A stretch of 64,000 nucleotides of DNA from Ascidiella aspersa (Eukaryota), in the NCBI GenBank assembly GCA_963924565.1, contig OZ004612.1:7130001-7194000 (forward strand), written 5' to 3'. The position numbers were made by a program, and so were the translations under genes. The notes under the pieces were generated by a model. It was not told the DNA's origin and ran no database searches. It worked only from the letters and a program-made list of their open reading frames with translations. This document shows, one piece after another, positions 26,309 to 41,500 of the stretch (its first letter is position 1; each line of letters begins with the position of its first letter).

Positions 26309-29300
26309 GTCGTTCAACTTTGGTTATCTTTGAAAAGCTTAGCATCTCGAACCCTATATTATCCAAGAAGCTCCAATAAACCTTCATATACGCGGCCTAA
26401 AGAACGCACTCATGCAACCAAGTCTCCGAATTCTAGCCTCCGCCCTAGTTTTCTAATCCCTCTTCAAATCAAGTAACACCAATGATCGACGCGGCCAATC
26501 TCGAGCTGCAACTTTCCAATTCTCAACGGCGTTATGCCAATCTCGCTCTTCGTCCGACCTCTCGTCAATAACTCATCTCCACGCGTGCACGAACTTGCGC
26601 AAAACCAATCAACAACCTGGGCGACTCGGGTTCGAACTTATCGGCTTCCAGCGTTCCCAGCGGTTTAATAAGCACTCAAAACGGCCTGTATTCTGGGCTA
26701 CTCGAAAAACAGTCGGCTACCTTTTTACCATATGCCACTACTTAAGTGTTAAAGGGTTATAAATGTGTTGTGGATAGAGGGACTTTAAAACGGCCACGAA
26801 AACTGGCCAGGGGGTTAAGTACAGACATAAGAGTAAGGTTGAAACCCATCGCAAAGGATCGGCCAATTGGGTATGGCCATAAATATGACGTGGAACATTT
26901 GCGGTCGAGCCACGAGCCCTATGCGACTTTCCTATTCTCTAGAGGTCTAGGACCTACACTCAACTTCCAGAACCTATCGTCACTTGAAACCGCGAACGTG
27001 CGCAATGTATTCGGGTGCAAGATGAAATCACATTTGTTTATATGACTTGTATTAATCTTTGACCGACGGCAAATTCTCCATCGCATCTAAAACACACACC
27101 TTCCATAAGCTGATCATGGTTTAAACTATCAGCTGTACAAACTGCCATTAGTGCTTCAGGTGAAGGTAGATAGACACCGCTCTTACTCGTCTCTTTCAAG
27201 GCCGAATAGCACAATGGGCGAAACCGAAAGACGCCCTAATTATCTGGTCGGACCGCTGCATTTAACTGCCACGAACAATGCACTTTTCCTAATGGAATCA
27301 ATAACGGCGAGCAAGCGATCGCAATAAACCGGTTAATGACCATCCATAGCTGGGCTATTGAACAATTGGCCTTTACACTGCTGCCTAATAAATTAAGCCT
27401 CTTTTACATGTACTTAAATCTATTTCTCATTGCTAACTTGATATACTGCATCACGGTATTGCGCTTGGAGTCCAATGATAAAGTAACACCTGCACACAAG
27501 TTCAATATTAGAGCTGTTTAACCGTACTGTTAGGATCCATCTATAATAGCGCTTGGGAACAAGCCCGCCTATTCAACAGCGGCTTACTCACTCCCTCGTG
27601 AAACAGCATACAGTCGACCACCCGAAATGCGTGTGGTCTTACTCACTATACGGCCTTGAATGTAGTTCAGCCGCTGACCCCATTTCGATTCGATGCAAGC
27701 TCTCAACTGTTTCGCGATCCAACACATCAGTGGCACAAATCTGCTTGCCGTCACTCTGCGCCAGCGACTATTTCAACTTTCCCCTCTCTTACTTTCTTTC
27801 TCTATGCAGCTCTCTTCCCCCCTTGCTCTGCCCTCTAATCACTATCGCCGACCCCCCGATCACATGACTTCTAAATAGTTCAATTCAGTCGTAAAGCAAA
27901 TGAATTGTGACGGCCGCCACGCTGCCATACTTTTACGTAATACGTTATAGCCCTTATACGTTCGATAAGGTCTGCACTAGCCGAAAACAGCTTCATTGGA
28001 ATGCCCCTTAATTTTGCTTGATTGGCAAGGGGTTAAATTGTAAAAGACCCCAATCTGCCTTGTGTATTTAGAACAATAGGTTTAGTAGGAAACTCCGTGA
28101 CTATATTGTTTTAAAAGATTTCCAAACAAGTGAATACCATTAGAACTGCAACGCGTTTTGCTATTGAATTAAATGGGAGTTGGATTTTTTATCATACTAT
28201 ACATCTGCGTTATTCTGCAACGTTACTTCAGACTATAGCTTCCATAACTTTACAATCTGTCATTATTACAAACAAATGGACGAATACTTCATTTCAATCA
28301 ACGCACTGATAGCAAATTCGTCAAAGTTTAAAGCAAATTACTTTGGTCATGTGTTACTTACGTAATTGAAACCATTCAATTGCATAAGCTCACCGAAAAA
28401 AGAACGCATTACATCACGAATTTAGTTTGTGCGACGGCTCGGTTTTATGAAGCGAGATAAACCCTACGTGAATGTTTGTGTTCGCTTTATACGTTTTAAA
28501 ACGTTCGTTTTTGACTGTATAAAGATTAATTCGTCACTTTTGCTGCCGTAGAACTCCGAATATCGTCGACACATCGAAAATAATAAATTTGCTCGTGACA
28601 ACTAGTTGCAGTTTCGTTCGTCACGATTGCGATAAAATAAATGTTTCGTTGATTGAAAAACAATCTTTGTAATGTTGTACGTACCTGATCTTGTGACCTT
28701 GTCGAAGTTTAAAGCTTTTATATAAGCAAAATAATTACCCTTTAAAGTGGCTAAGAACGTTTAAATCTCTCATATTTTCAATAGTATTGCCTTAAAACGA
28801 CGTGATTTTCTATTGGTAACCAGTTCTGTTTCGTTTCTCTTACGCTTAAACCCGCTTCGAGCCGTTGGATCGTTTGATTTTAACAGCTTTATAGGAATTG
28901 CGACTTGAATAACACTGTGAAAAGAACCGTTCAGAAAAAGTACTCGAGCAGCGAAAGCGAACTAGATTGGTTAAACTGCTAAGTGCTGTCATTACAGCTT
29001 CCTTCCAAACCGCACAAGCAAGTGAGTAATAACGTCACGGCATTCAATTGGTTGTCGGAAACAAGGGAAACACGACGACGTGCAACCGCAACTCTGCGCA
29101 CTTGGCACATTACAACTGCTACCAGCAGCACCGGGTAAACAAATCCCGGGAACAGAACCTTCTAGAAACCTGCTTCTCAGAGTCCTGTTTGCTCAGGAAC
29201 GAAACTAACAATGCAAGGATTAAACAGGTCCGATACTTGGCTTTCAGGATTCACCTAAATCTCAGTTTGTTTTAGGAACAAAAATAGGCAATGCCTGATA

Positions 29301-32300
29301 TCACAAAGGTCCTGCTCGGCAGGGACCTTGGTAACACAGCGCTTGCAGCTCAAACAGAAACAGGAGACCGGGTTAATATCGTGTAGTTACAATAACGGCA
29401 TTAGCTACGGCAGGAGTGTTGTTATGACTCGTTCTCGATTCTTTTTCATTTCTCCCGTTCGAAACACACTTTGTTTTACCTTGTTTAAATCACGCTATAA
29501 ACATTTGATAAAGTAAAACGCAGTCAGAATTACACAATACATTTTAGGAAACTAGTATGAGCTTGGAGTAATGTTAAATGCCATTAGAATCGAAACACTT
29601 AACCTAATCTCATTCCAGTCTACCCGATTTTAGTTAGGAGATACAAACATTATTTGTTCGCAGTCAGCAGTAGGCTGCAAAGCGCAATGACAATTTCAAA
29701 CGTAACTTTTTATGGTCCGTATACAAACATTCGTACACCGACCTGGCGACCTATATTGTAATTCCTCGAACAAACAGCAAGTTATTATTACAGCTCAAGC
29801 GTCACGACCAATCCGACTCAATTAGCTTGACCATTGCTTGTATTTGGGCTCGACGAACTCCAAACCTGTAGCTGGTCAATTAGTGGCCGTCAGTCTAAGT
29901 GCCGCCACGTTTAACTATTGATTCTAGCATTGGCACTTCGCCATTCTAATTCGCACGCAAGCGTCAAACCATTTGCGCCCCATCACCCGGTATCGAAACG
30001 AACTGATGACCCAAGCTTGTAGGCTTATACGCTGCTGCTATAGACTAACCAATAGGATTGATTGGGCTCCATTTGAGCCTAGTTGCCATGTTTGCCAATG
30101 CCTTTTTCCCGACAAACGCCGCGCAATTATGAAAGGCCCTAGCCACACAGGGTTGAACAGTGACCTAGGCCCCATGTAAGCTAAGCTATACCCGAGGCTG
30201 CGCTTTCTGTTTGCAGAGAGCCCGCGGAAAGCTTTATAATCGCTGGTGGCCATGACAGCACCGGCCTTTTGAAGCGATAAGCGCAAGGGTCGGGCAAGGG
30301 AAACAGCACTTCCAATGCTATTTACACTGCAGCCCGCTTATCGCGATTAAAGCCTAATGGTGGGTGTGGGACGAGGGCTTATCAGGCTCGTTGCACTTCG
30401 CTTTCGAAACCAGCCCGCGTTCCAACTCACTTGCCCTTCCTCAGTAGATTGCAATTCGCGTCCCGATAAAGCGAACTAAAAATCGCGCTGGAGAAAGGGC
30501 GAAATTAGAGCGGATGTCTTAACGCGTATCTTAACTTCGCGAAAAATCGGCGACCTTCAGACAGTTGGCCGTCGGAAGTCGCTCCTCACGATTACAACAG
30601 TAACCTGCGTTTCGTTTTTAGTGAAGCGAGAGCAACTGTATAATGGCAATCCTTGGGTTGTGAGAATGTTGAATACGGATACCTTTATCGATGTCTAGGT
30701 TACTCGGTTAGAAAAATAAACTGACAAAACTTATTTTGTAGATCCATTGGTATTCATAATGCTATAAATCTGGCTTAGTAGTTGTGTTGTTGAAAAATAA
30801 ATAGCCAGATAATCGCATTTTAAAAGTTTTCCGGATAACAAGAAGAAGAGCAAGATAAATATTGCCCATAATTTCAACCTATGTAATGTTAAAAAAAAAG
30901 CGTTCGCTATTATTAGTTCGTGTTAGCCTCTCAAAGCAAATTTGTATGTCGCTCTATACACATTTGTAAATAAATCGAGCTACGCGCACATTTTGCGCTT
31001 CCGCACATATAGCCACTGTTAGTCAACTCAATAGCAACCTGGCTCGTCACGATATCAAACATGTGTTGTACAAAAGTTGAAAATCCGATGTTCGGCACCG
31101 GCTCGGGTACAACTGGTGGAGATTGTTCGCTAAATATAGACGCGAAAGCGGCGCGAACTCTTTAAGCGTACTCATTTAGCAGAAAAAGCTAAATCGGGAA
31201 AAATATTAAATTAAACTTTTACTGTAGGATACCATAATTTCGACTGTTTGTTTACCAAACCAGGCCTTTATTTGCGAATTAAGTTTCCGTACATCTCCGA
31301 ACAGACACTAAATGTAGGAAACTATGCCTTAAAAATAATAATGTCTGTCTGACCATTTAACTACATCTGAACTTTATGTAAAATTTTCGTTTTTTACGAT
31401 GAAAACCGACAACTATATATATATATACTTACATTTGCAGTTTGTAAGGTTGCAGTGACCAAACTACGAAATATTGTCAAATTAGTAAGTAGAAACTTTT
31501 TAAATTGATTACCAAGTTTTAAACACAGTACAGCATTTGAGGAAACATAATTTAAACTGAAGCAAGGCCATACTTTATATTTCCAAATATTATTTTTTCA
31601 ATCTAAGTTTATTTAAATAAATTTTTTTCAAAACATATAGTCGCTGTGCTTTTCAAACCTCTCAAGCAGTCCTGTACTGTCGACAAATTAGCAGCCAAAC
31701 GAATTATTGCACTCCAGTAACTCACTATGGTATATTTATGTTATTTCTGTGGTTCACATATTCGACAGACGAAAATGAAATCACGTACACCACAGTGAAT
31801 CACAACCACAAAAATCAGTAGGCTACTGTTAAAGTTAAGTTGTGAATCCACAGAAGGTTGAAATATTTCTCCCGATCACCAAACGATCATTTAACATTTC
31901 CTTAACGCGTAAAACATCAATTTTTTTTAAATATAGCGACATATCAATAAACTGAATCACTGTTGGTGCGAACAAGGAATAGCCTGCGTTCCAAAACTTA
32001 TATGCTGGCCAACATTATCAGTGTGGTTCATATGAAACAGGTAACTGAACGCAAACCGAACGGAAAAGCCAGCAGGAGAGAACTGTAACATGATTTTCGT
32101 TGTCTGTATGATGTAAACGCATACATCGCTTCCATTGCAATATCAAACTGACATAGATTTTTGTCGTGGGCTGCGACACAACGAAGCGCTGTCAAAATAT
32201 AGCATATAGGTTCACAAATCGAAATAAGTATAGTTTTTAACGCTAAATAAAATGCTTGTCTTAAAACTTAACAAAAAAAATTTTTTAACATTTAAATTTT

Positions 32301-32567
32301 AACTATATGTTTGTTTTTTTAAGCATAGTAGGCTAAACACGGTATTTTGTTATTGGATCAAATCTATACATTTGTTGTCGAAAATATTGCTATCGGAACA
32401 TCATATCAAGTATCGACATTCGGTAATTAGCGGTCTCATCCGTGTGCAATCTTCATGTGCTTAATTCCGCCTTTTACACGTGTTCCGCTATACACGAACC
32501 AGGACAACCTCTTTCCGGAGTCAATATTACAACACGAACGATTCGAAATAAAGAGAAAATGATGAGG

Positions 32568-35500
32568 CTAACTGCCGGTCGCATTGCTTGTTGCCCTTGT
32601 TGTTAAAGGAGTACCGGGTGATGCCTCCGTGGTTAACGTGCTCTTCTGTTGCTGTTGGGGTTTTGTCTTGCGCTGGGGCACTTCCTTTTTGGCGGGCGAC
32701 TTCGAACCGCACATGACGTCACGAATCGGCGGCCACCACGTCAGTTTGACTTCACCGTGACGCACGCACGTCAGGAAGAAAATGCACACGCCCTGCAAAG
32801 CGAGTTTTTGAAAGGGTGGTAAGAACTTTCACAGCAAATATGTGATAAAAAAAATATATGAATGCAAAGCTATATAAGCATATAACTTATAAACGTATAC
32901 ATCTCAAAATATGAAGTTCGTTGTGACATAGTTAAAGTTAATTAAACAGGAAGTAAAATAATTAATCAATGAGATGCAATACAGCTTTTAAATGTTACTT
33001 CGTAACATATTTATAGATCACTTTTGCATAATTAAAGTTAAATATAACTAAAGTCATCAATAACAAGTCAATTAAAACATCATTGTCTGTCGAGGCGAAA
33101 CCATAAATACAACGGATATTTGTTAACAATAATTAACCTGCCAAAAGAAGTAGAAATAGATAATGGGAAATATAGTCATCAAAACGAATAGTAGGAAATG
33201 TAAAACAATTCAAAGCATGAAAAACAAGGTGCTCTCATCTATTTCAATCGCTTTATTCAAGGTTAAAAAAGGTAATTCAATTCGTTTATGTGTATAACTT
33301 TCTTACAGCTTGGTTGTATTGTTTTTCTTTTTAATCGTTTTAAGGGAGCTGAAACTCAACATAACCTGAAACAACTAAACCGTTTAGGGTTTCCTTATTG
33401 CACCTTATAGTGGAGAAAGAGAGAAAATAACTTTTATAAAAATCAAAACGTTTAATTTTTTCTGTCCTGGTGTACCAGTGATAATAATTGTTTAAATACG
33501 TGTTAAAAACAAAGTTTCACTTTCGAATAAAGCCCATTGATCAGGGGTTTTTAACATTTTTATCCCGGACCCCTAAAGAATTTTTTAGCCTTGCATGATC
33601 CAGGATGACATGAGTTTACGTCATAATACAAATAGATGTCAGAAATCTGCTGTTTCCGGCCCAAAAATTTAAAAGTCAAATGAAGTCTTAACTGTATTGA
33701 GTGTAAAAACGTTTTATTTTTATTAAAACTATTTTCTTTGAAAATTTCCTTTTAAAAAAACACTAATATTTCGATTAGGCTTTCATGGACCCCCTAAAAC
33801 TAGTTCACGGACCCCCACAAAGGGTCCATGGACCCCAGTTTAAGAACCTCTATCCTTTCTCATATTCCTACCTGAACCCCAGCCAGGATAGCAAACAGCC
33901 AGCTCATGATCTTAAGGTAGGTCAGATCGGGCGAAAACATCATGAAGTAGGCAAATATCCACACCAGACCAAGTGTACTTGCAATGGTGGCCGCCGTTAC
34001 CACGTGATCTATGTGCCGTGGAGCCTTGGCCGTTGACTTAACCTGTGACAAATCGATAAGCTTGCGTTTGATTGGGGTAAATATTTTTGCGTTTTACTTG
34101 TGATTAATCCTAATGGTAACCCATTAGGCTGGGCTAAACATACAATAATTATTTCAACAAAACCTATAACAATTGTGGATGAATTTTCAAAGCTATAACA
34201 GTAAGTTTATAACAGGTAACTTTAAAAAATCTGAATTTAAAGTTTGATGTCGTGCAAACATGTGCAACTGGAATGTTAGTCGAAAGACATTTAAATACAA
34301 GGCAAGATTGCCTAATGAAAAAAAAACAAAAAACAGTGTTGGATATCGGCAATAAGTCTTTTACAGGAATAGTTCGTTGGTGTTCAGTTACCAAATTTTC
34401 AATTTGTGGTACGGTATTTTGCACTCAGTGTCACTAATCATGATTTCTTGTTCAACGCAAAACATTTGCCATAGTCAATTTCCTCAAGAATTTATTTCGC
34501 ACTTTTAACAATTGTTTTTCAGGCTTTGAGGCATAAAAAAGTACAAATCCCATAGCAAGTAATGGTATTGCCTGCATCAAAAGTCCGTTTGTATTTTGAA
34601 CGTTTTGCGGCACATTTGTATTCAGTAAGTTTGTGTTTCCTTTATCCTTTTTTCTTGTCAGTAATCGTTTAACTGCTTACCTTCTTTTTCTTGAACCATA
34701 GACTCCAGATTACAGCAATAAACAGCGCAGTATTAAAAAGTAGAATGAGTCCACACGGAAGAAGAAATCCGATGTAGAGGTAATAACCCTCGATCCAACA
34801 CATATTCGAGGCTAGCATGTTGACTGGAAACAACGACCATTGACCTAACAGAATCAGTCAAAATATGAGTTTTTTCATTAAAAGTTGTATCTTTAAAAAT
34901 TGTTTTTAAACTTTACTGAAACATTATTGTTTACCTTCCACTGCTTTGGCCACCCCTAAGGTCAATGCAATTACCACCGCAGGACTTCCGTAGGCAAATA
35001 GAGTGGCAAGATATATGTAAGTGGTCCCGAATACATTGAAGACCTTAAAAATGTAACTCCGACAGATAAATATCGAATGTGAAGAGCATAGAAAATGTTG
35101 AACGACATACCAAATCACGAAAACTATATAGAACTAACATTTATAAACTGTTTTTTTTAGTGACATGAAATAAAAGTGTTGTAATGAGGTCAGTTAACCA
35201 CTAAAGTGAATGATTTGGGATTTTTCAAATTGGACTATTTTATCGTACTATTTGTACATAAAACCATTTGATTGCGATACGTTGCGTTTATAACATCTTT
35301 TAGTTGAGTTATTGCTTATAATTGTACGAGTTTATCAGCTAACGTTTTATTTTTATGACAAGGTTTTGCATTGAAGTGGTTTTGCTCTACTTATGGCTGT
35401 GACTTAACTTGGGCAACCGATAACTTGATATGTTAATATGACTCGTTTAAAACACTGTAAAATAATCAATACTATACTCCTCAAGTGAAACGATGTGACG

Positions 35501-38500
35501 TTTAAATTGTAGTTTTATGTAACCTAATCAATTGGGAAATATATGGTAACAAAGTCGCTATCAGTTTCTAACGACATAAAAATCGGAATATTTCCCTCGA
35601 CTCGTTGTTTAACACCTACCTGAACAATAGAACGAAAGAGAAAGAATATGTATACCGCCATCCAGCACCAAGCGACCAGAAGCAAGTACTGCAACAAGGT
35701 GGCGCTAACAACGCATGCGATTTTTTGTTCTCGATTCTCGATTCCACAGAGGAAGGTGAGATAAGTAGCGGCAAGGTTGAGGCAAATGTGAACCAAAACC
35801 TGCATCGGCCCTCTGTTTCGAAGTTTCCTTAAAAGGATTGAATTACAATGTTTATTCATAACAGCAGCAGCAATGAATGTACAGTAGTCGAAAATCACAA
35901 AAAATATTTGGGTTATGAAGCAAGGGGCAATATGTGAAATGCCTCAAATCTTTCGGCTCTTAAAGTTGTCATTTTGTATGTAATTTTATATAAATTTTAT
36001 ACGTAACACAATATCATTTAATCGTTTTATTTTAAAGAAATAAATTACCAATGCCGGCTTAACGCTTTATTTAGATTGCTGAATATACGTAGATCAAACT
36101 ACAGTGCCTTACTTGGATTTGAGTATGATAAACGAAGTAAGAAGCAAACATACACTTGAAATTCCACAAAGTGTTTTGCTTGCCATGTCCAACGGAATGT
36201 CAGGTGCCACCGAGTAGATATTCTGCACAAAACACACCATGTTCAAGTAGGACAGTGTTAAAGAAACATATCGTAGTATAATACAAAAAATCCTAGACAA
36301 AACAATTGAAGTTAATTGAACTTTCGTGTGTCCAACCACATTTCGGTTTATTGGTATCTAAAAGAAATGGTTTAAGCCCCTTGATTTAAAAACAAATGGC
36401 TACCAATCCTAATAAATTTGTTTATTACTTGCTGTTAGCCTACCACAAGCAGTGCAAAGTTTGTCATATGGTCGCATTTGCAGATTGGCGGATTGGAATG
36501 CTCGACTAAGTAGCAGCCTTGACTTGACCAAGATTGAGTGCTATAGTTCCAAGATACGCAAGTCTGGTTCACGTAAACAGCCTGCAAGAAAACATGCAAA
36601 TATGAAAGCTGGTCATTCAAGTCAACTTATAGTTGTTGTGTTAATTTGTAAATCAAGGTGGCAGTTCAGGGTAAAAATTGCATGTAAGTGTATATTACAT
36701 CCACATTGCAACTTGTCAGGGCTACCTTCGAATAATATACTGTGGATCAATCAATTTTATTAGGAATAAAGTGCAAGCAAGGCAAAGGTAGAAAAACAAC
36801 TATAGCTTGCGGTGAGGTTAGAAATACCGGAACATACTGGGACCGTCGCACCAACAACTAAGCTATTCAGCATTGGTGTAGATTCATGTTTTAGTTGTTT
36901 AACTAGTGATCTCTCGGCTTCTACTGATGCTTTCAATCCATCAGAACTGTTTCATTTTGAAGTCCGTGATAACCAATCACTCAAGCCAATAATGAATAGT
37001 TGCGTGGTTTGATCACCAATAATGAAATGTATGAATACGTATGGGAATTTCAAGCTAGAAGATATCGCAGTTGATGCGAGCTATAATCAAGTCAGTTCTT
37101 TTTAATAGACCGTGCCTTTCATTTTGGTTGATGGATGTCACGAGGCTATACCCATCCAAACTATATTTTTTGCCAACATTTATAATATTTATTCAAGTTT
37201 TTCGTATTTGGCGACTTCTATCTGTTTATACTAATTTTTGGTCTATTTTAAGGTAATCTACTTAGCCCGAAGATGCGTTGTATATTTCGTTAGATGTTAC
37301 TCTGTGTGACGCATAAGCCATTTGAAATGCAATTTCTGGTATAGTTTAGACTATAAATGCGGTTCTTCATGCAATATGCGAATCTATTTTATGCGCCTAA
37401 TGCGTAACTTACGATTAAAAAATTGAAAAAACCTACCATTTGAATGAATTAAAAGTTTTGCTAATTTGAAACTGATAAAGAAGTGTTTCGTGGGTCGAGC
37501 GATTAAACTGGATTTTAGCTGCATATAGGTGTTTAGAAGTAGTTGTTTTATGACGTCACGTTGTGTAGTCATACTTGAAAATTACCATGCTCCGCTTCCA
37601 ATACAAATATTCTCGATCCACCCCTTTTGTCAAATCAAAAATATCCCACCTTTAGTGTAGAGTCGTTCTGTTTTTTTCCAGCACTTGTATTGACGTAGGA
37701 GTAAACAATTTCCACCGCTGTCTTCAGGTTATTGACTCGTTTTATTGTTGTTGTGTTTCCAACGCTTGCTGAGACGACCTATGAATTTAAACAAAAAAAA
37801 TATATTTAGGAAAAGTAAGTCATTCATTAACTGTTTAGAGGAAATAAGTAATTCAATGAGACTTATGTAAAGCCATTAGCTTGGTTTGTGACAACCGAAG
37901 CGGTTTTAGCATATTGAATTTAATGGCAAATTGTTTAGTTTAGCGTTAAATAAAGATTTGATAAACGAACATTGCTGTTAATTTATCCAGAACCAAGCAA
38001 TTATTTAAACTATTTTAACTATTTAACAGCGAGTAGAGTTAGAAGTTGTTCTATACGACTTTAATTATATAACGACAAAAAATATAAGAGCAGTTGTTAA
38101 AATCAGACATTTTGCCAGGGTATTTAAATATTCCCAGATTATGCTGACTCAGTATGAAACACGGTTGTGGGATATCGTGCCCAAATTAAAATACAACTCG
38201 TTCCATTTGCCCTTTAGTTATAAATAGGACGTTTAAAATGTGTCTTACTGTGGCCTGAAGAAGCACAGTTGTGCGAAAGCTCGTCAATTAAAAATACAAT
38301 TTGTCAACAGTGCCACTTTTTTCAGTTTAAAGACAAGTTCGGCTATCAACCAAGGTTAAAATATGTTAATCAAATCCTTACCAATTCGAAAACGCTTGCG
38401 TCTGTGCTGTTGGAAGGAAACAGCGTGGTGTTTCGATAGAGCACGAACACAGTTCGCACTTGACAGTCACTGACGTTCTGACACTTGTTGTGCAAAAGAG

Positions 38501-41500
38501 CTTCCAGCGGAACTGTGACCGACACTGGGTGTCGCACTGTAGCGTTGTGTACCCTAGGCTTGAAGGTTGCATTTGCAGTGGGTTGAGCTTGGTCAATAAT
38601 CTAAAAAAATCTTGTTTTATATTTTTTTAAGAAATGTATCTGGTTTAAAAAACAAACAAACTGGTGATCAAAAGTAGCATTTGTGTTCGAAAAATAGCAA
38701 GCCAGGTAACAGTTATTGTCTTTCCCAGTGTATAAATTATAAAATGGCTTAGCCTACCTAACAAAATATTCAATTATTATCCTTATTTGTCAATAATAAC
38801 AGACAAAATTAAACCTGTCACTTTGAAAAAACATTTTATAGATCAAATTGAAACTGATGTACACAAGCAAGGCAGACTATAGAAAAACAACTAGCCTGCC
38901 TTGAGGTTCAAACTCATGACCTCATGCCGGGACCGTCGCTCTACTAACTGAGCTACACAGGCTCAGAGGGGAGCCATTAGAGAAACAACCATAATGCCCA
39001 TAGCACATAAGTGTGTTTATCTTTCATTTAAGTTGATGCATTAAGATTTGTGTATCTGGTTGAAAAATGCAGCTTAAGAATACCAATAAAGAAAGCATAC
39101 GACTACAGTGACCTGCAGTCGTTTTGCCTGTATGATAAGTTATAGCTTGTTCCCCTAAATTGTGGTGTGCATTCAGAACAATTCACTGAAAACCACACCA
39201 AGGCAAGTCCTGTTGTTTAAACGAAATCAGTGTTACCTCGACATCCACGTTCGTCGTGTTGAAGCTTGTGGAGGTTTGGTTTGGCTTTAAAACCACTTTG
39301 TACGCCAGGGTCTCAAGACTGCTGGTGAGCACTTGGGTTGTTCTGGTGGGCGCCGGGACTGGGGCGTTGTTTACCACGTCCGCTATCGAAACCAACTTCT
39401 CGTAGGAAAAAGCGGACAACTAAAATCGGTAAAACAACAAGTTGGTTTACAGCATAAAGGCTGGAGTTTGTTATAATACGTCTTAAGAATATCAAAGCCC
39501 ATTTTTAGAATCAGTGTCTTCTCACTGTGTTGCAAAAATTGAAGAGATTATTTCTCTATGGGATTTAATATTCTTACAATAAGATGATTGTTCTGATAAA
39601 TTCTATATACGTTATGACCCTTTCTAGGTGAACTAAGGCGGCTTTCAAACACCGACGCCCACTAATGTTAGGAGCAAAAACTAGACGGATCATCAATGCT
39701 GCAAGTTTTTTCGAACAAATTTAGACAAAAAAAAAAGGCTAAGAAAATGAACAGAACGAGGAAACACAATGCTAAAAATGTATCCGTTAGTATTTGATTC
39801 ACTGAAAGTTAAACAAGGAGACTGGTGCATACAAAAGTTGTTTGAAGCGACTTAACGCAGAAGCAGTTTTATTCAAAGGACGAGATATGGTTTATAAGCA
39901 GGTCGAAATTACTTATGACTCGTTATGAGCATATACAATTAGAAATCAATCTAGATGAAGCCCTTTGAATACCAAATAAGTAAGTATTTCAATTTTGTTT
40001 TTTCGCTTAGACAATGAGTTCTTTCGATAGATTGATAAATATTATCGAAAATTGCTCGTATAATTCTCACTTTAGTGTTATTGGCCACATGTTGAGTGAT
40101 AGTGTTCACCAGATTGCCCACGCCCGCCATATCTGTTTCATTCCGCGTTGCTACAAACACAACTCCTTTTGCCCATTGGAGAAGTTGATCCACATCGGAT
40201 ATGTTCTGCGAAACATTGTGGGATGAAACAAATATTACTAGTATTTTTTAGATTGTCTATATTAACTTAATCTTTGTAAAGAATTTTTCACGATTATAGG
40301 CCAACCCAAAACGCTTTCCTTGTTTTTGCAAAGTGAGTATACTGGCACCGTTAATTAAGTAAAATGAGATACCGATGGAAAAGTGCAAATATTCTTAGAG
40401 TAACAGAAAATGCAGCTAGTTACAAACATCTATTTTACCTGTTGTTCAACTGTGGGTTGTGATGGATTGTTAAAGCACGGGGTTAGGATTACCAACGAGT
40501 TCAATTGGCTGAAAATATCATTACAGAGCAGTGAGCCTTGAAAACAAAATTCATACGATAACATGTAGGCTATCCCTTTTCGAATTGCGTCGAATTTAGA
40601 AAATAACAAGCCGGGCCCACAATCAACACTTTTGTTATTTTGTAGAATTAAAATGTTAAGACGCTTATTTGACTAATGTTAATTAATGAAAAGTCCCACG
40701 TGGACTTTAAGCCTTATAACTTTAATTAATCGTTTAACATCAATAAAAAATATTCGATTCTATAGCCAAATTCTTCCTACTTATGTATGGGATTTATTTA
40801 ATATTCATTCCAAGTACTATAGATAACTTTTCAAAATTCATTTTAGTTTTTACTTTTATTTTAGGACACATCTAAATCATATCTATACTATCGTATGCAA
40901 ACGTACGTGTTCACCAAGTTTACTGTAGGTTTCTTAAGTACTGTTGACTTATCACTTCACAGATTATACGCAAAATTACAACTTTACAAGTTACGGTATT
41001 TGCAAATACAATTGGCTTCCTAAAACCTTTTGTTCAAATGGGTAATACACTTAGTTATGTTGCCCAGCAAAGATAAAATTATCGTTGATGGAATTACCAA
41101 CTGTGGCATAAGTCGTCGTTATTGTAGTAGTAGTTGTAGATGTGGTTGTAGGTGTTGTTGTAGGAGTTGTTGAACGAGTTGTTTTAGTTTCTGTTGTAGG
41201 GGTTGTTGTAAGATATGTTGTAGTTGCAGTTGTAGTTGTTGGAGTTCTTGTAGGAGTTGGTGTAGGAGTTGTTGTAGGGGCTTTTGTTGTTGTTGTTGTA
41301 GTAGTTGATGTAGGAGCTGTGGTAGGAGTTATTGTACGAGTTGTTGTTGGTTTAGGAGTTGTTGTAGAAGTTGATTTAGGAGTTGTTGTAGAAGTTGGTT
41401 TAGGAGTTGTTGTAGAAGTTGGTTTAGGAGTTGTTGTAGAAGTTGGTTTAGGAGTTGTTGTAGAAGTTGGTTTAGGAGTTGTTGTAGACGTTGGTTTAAG

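Noticed and set aside
38879-38960. Functional tRNA gene
   Set aside because: Anticodon arm and acceptor stem do not pair properly and the copies are divergent; treated as SINE-like.
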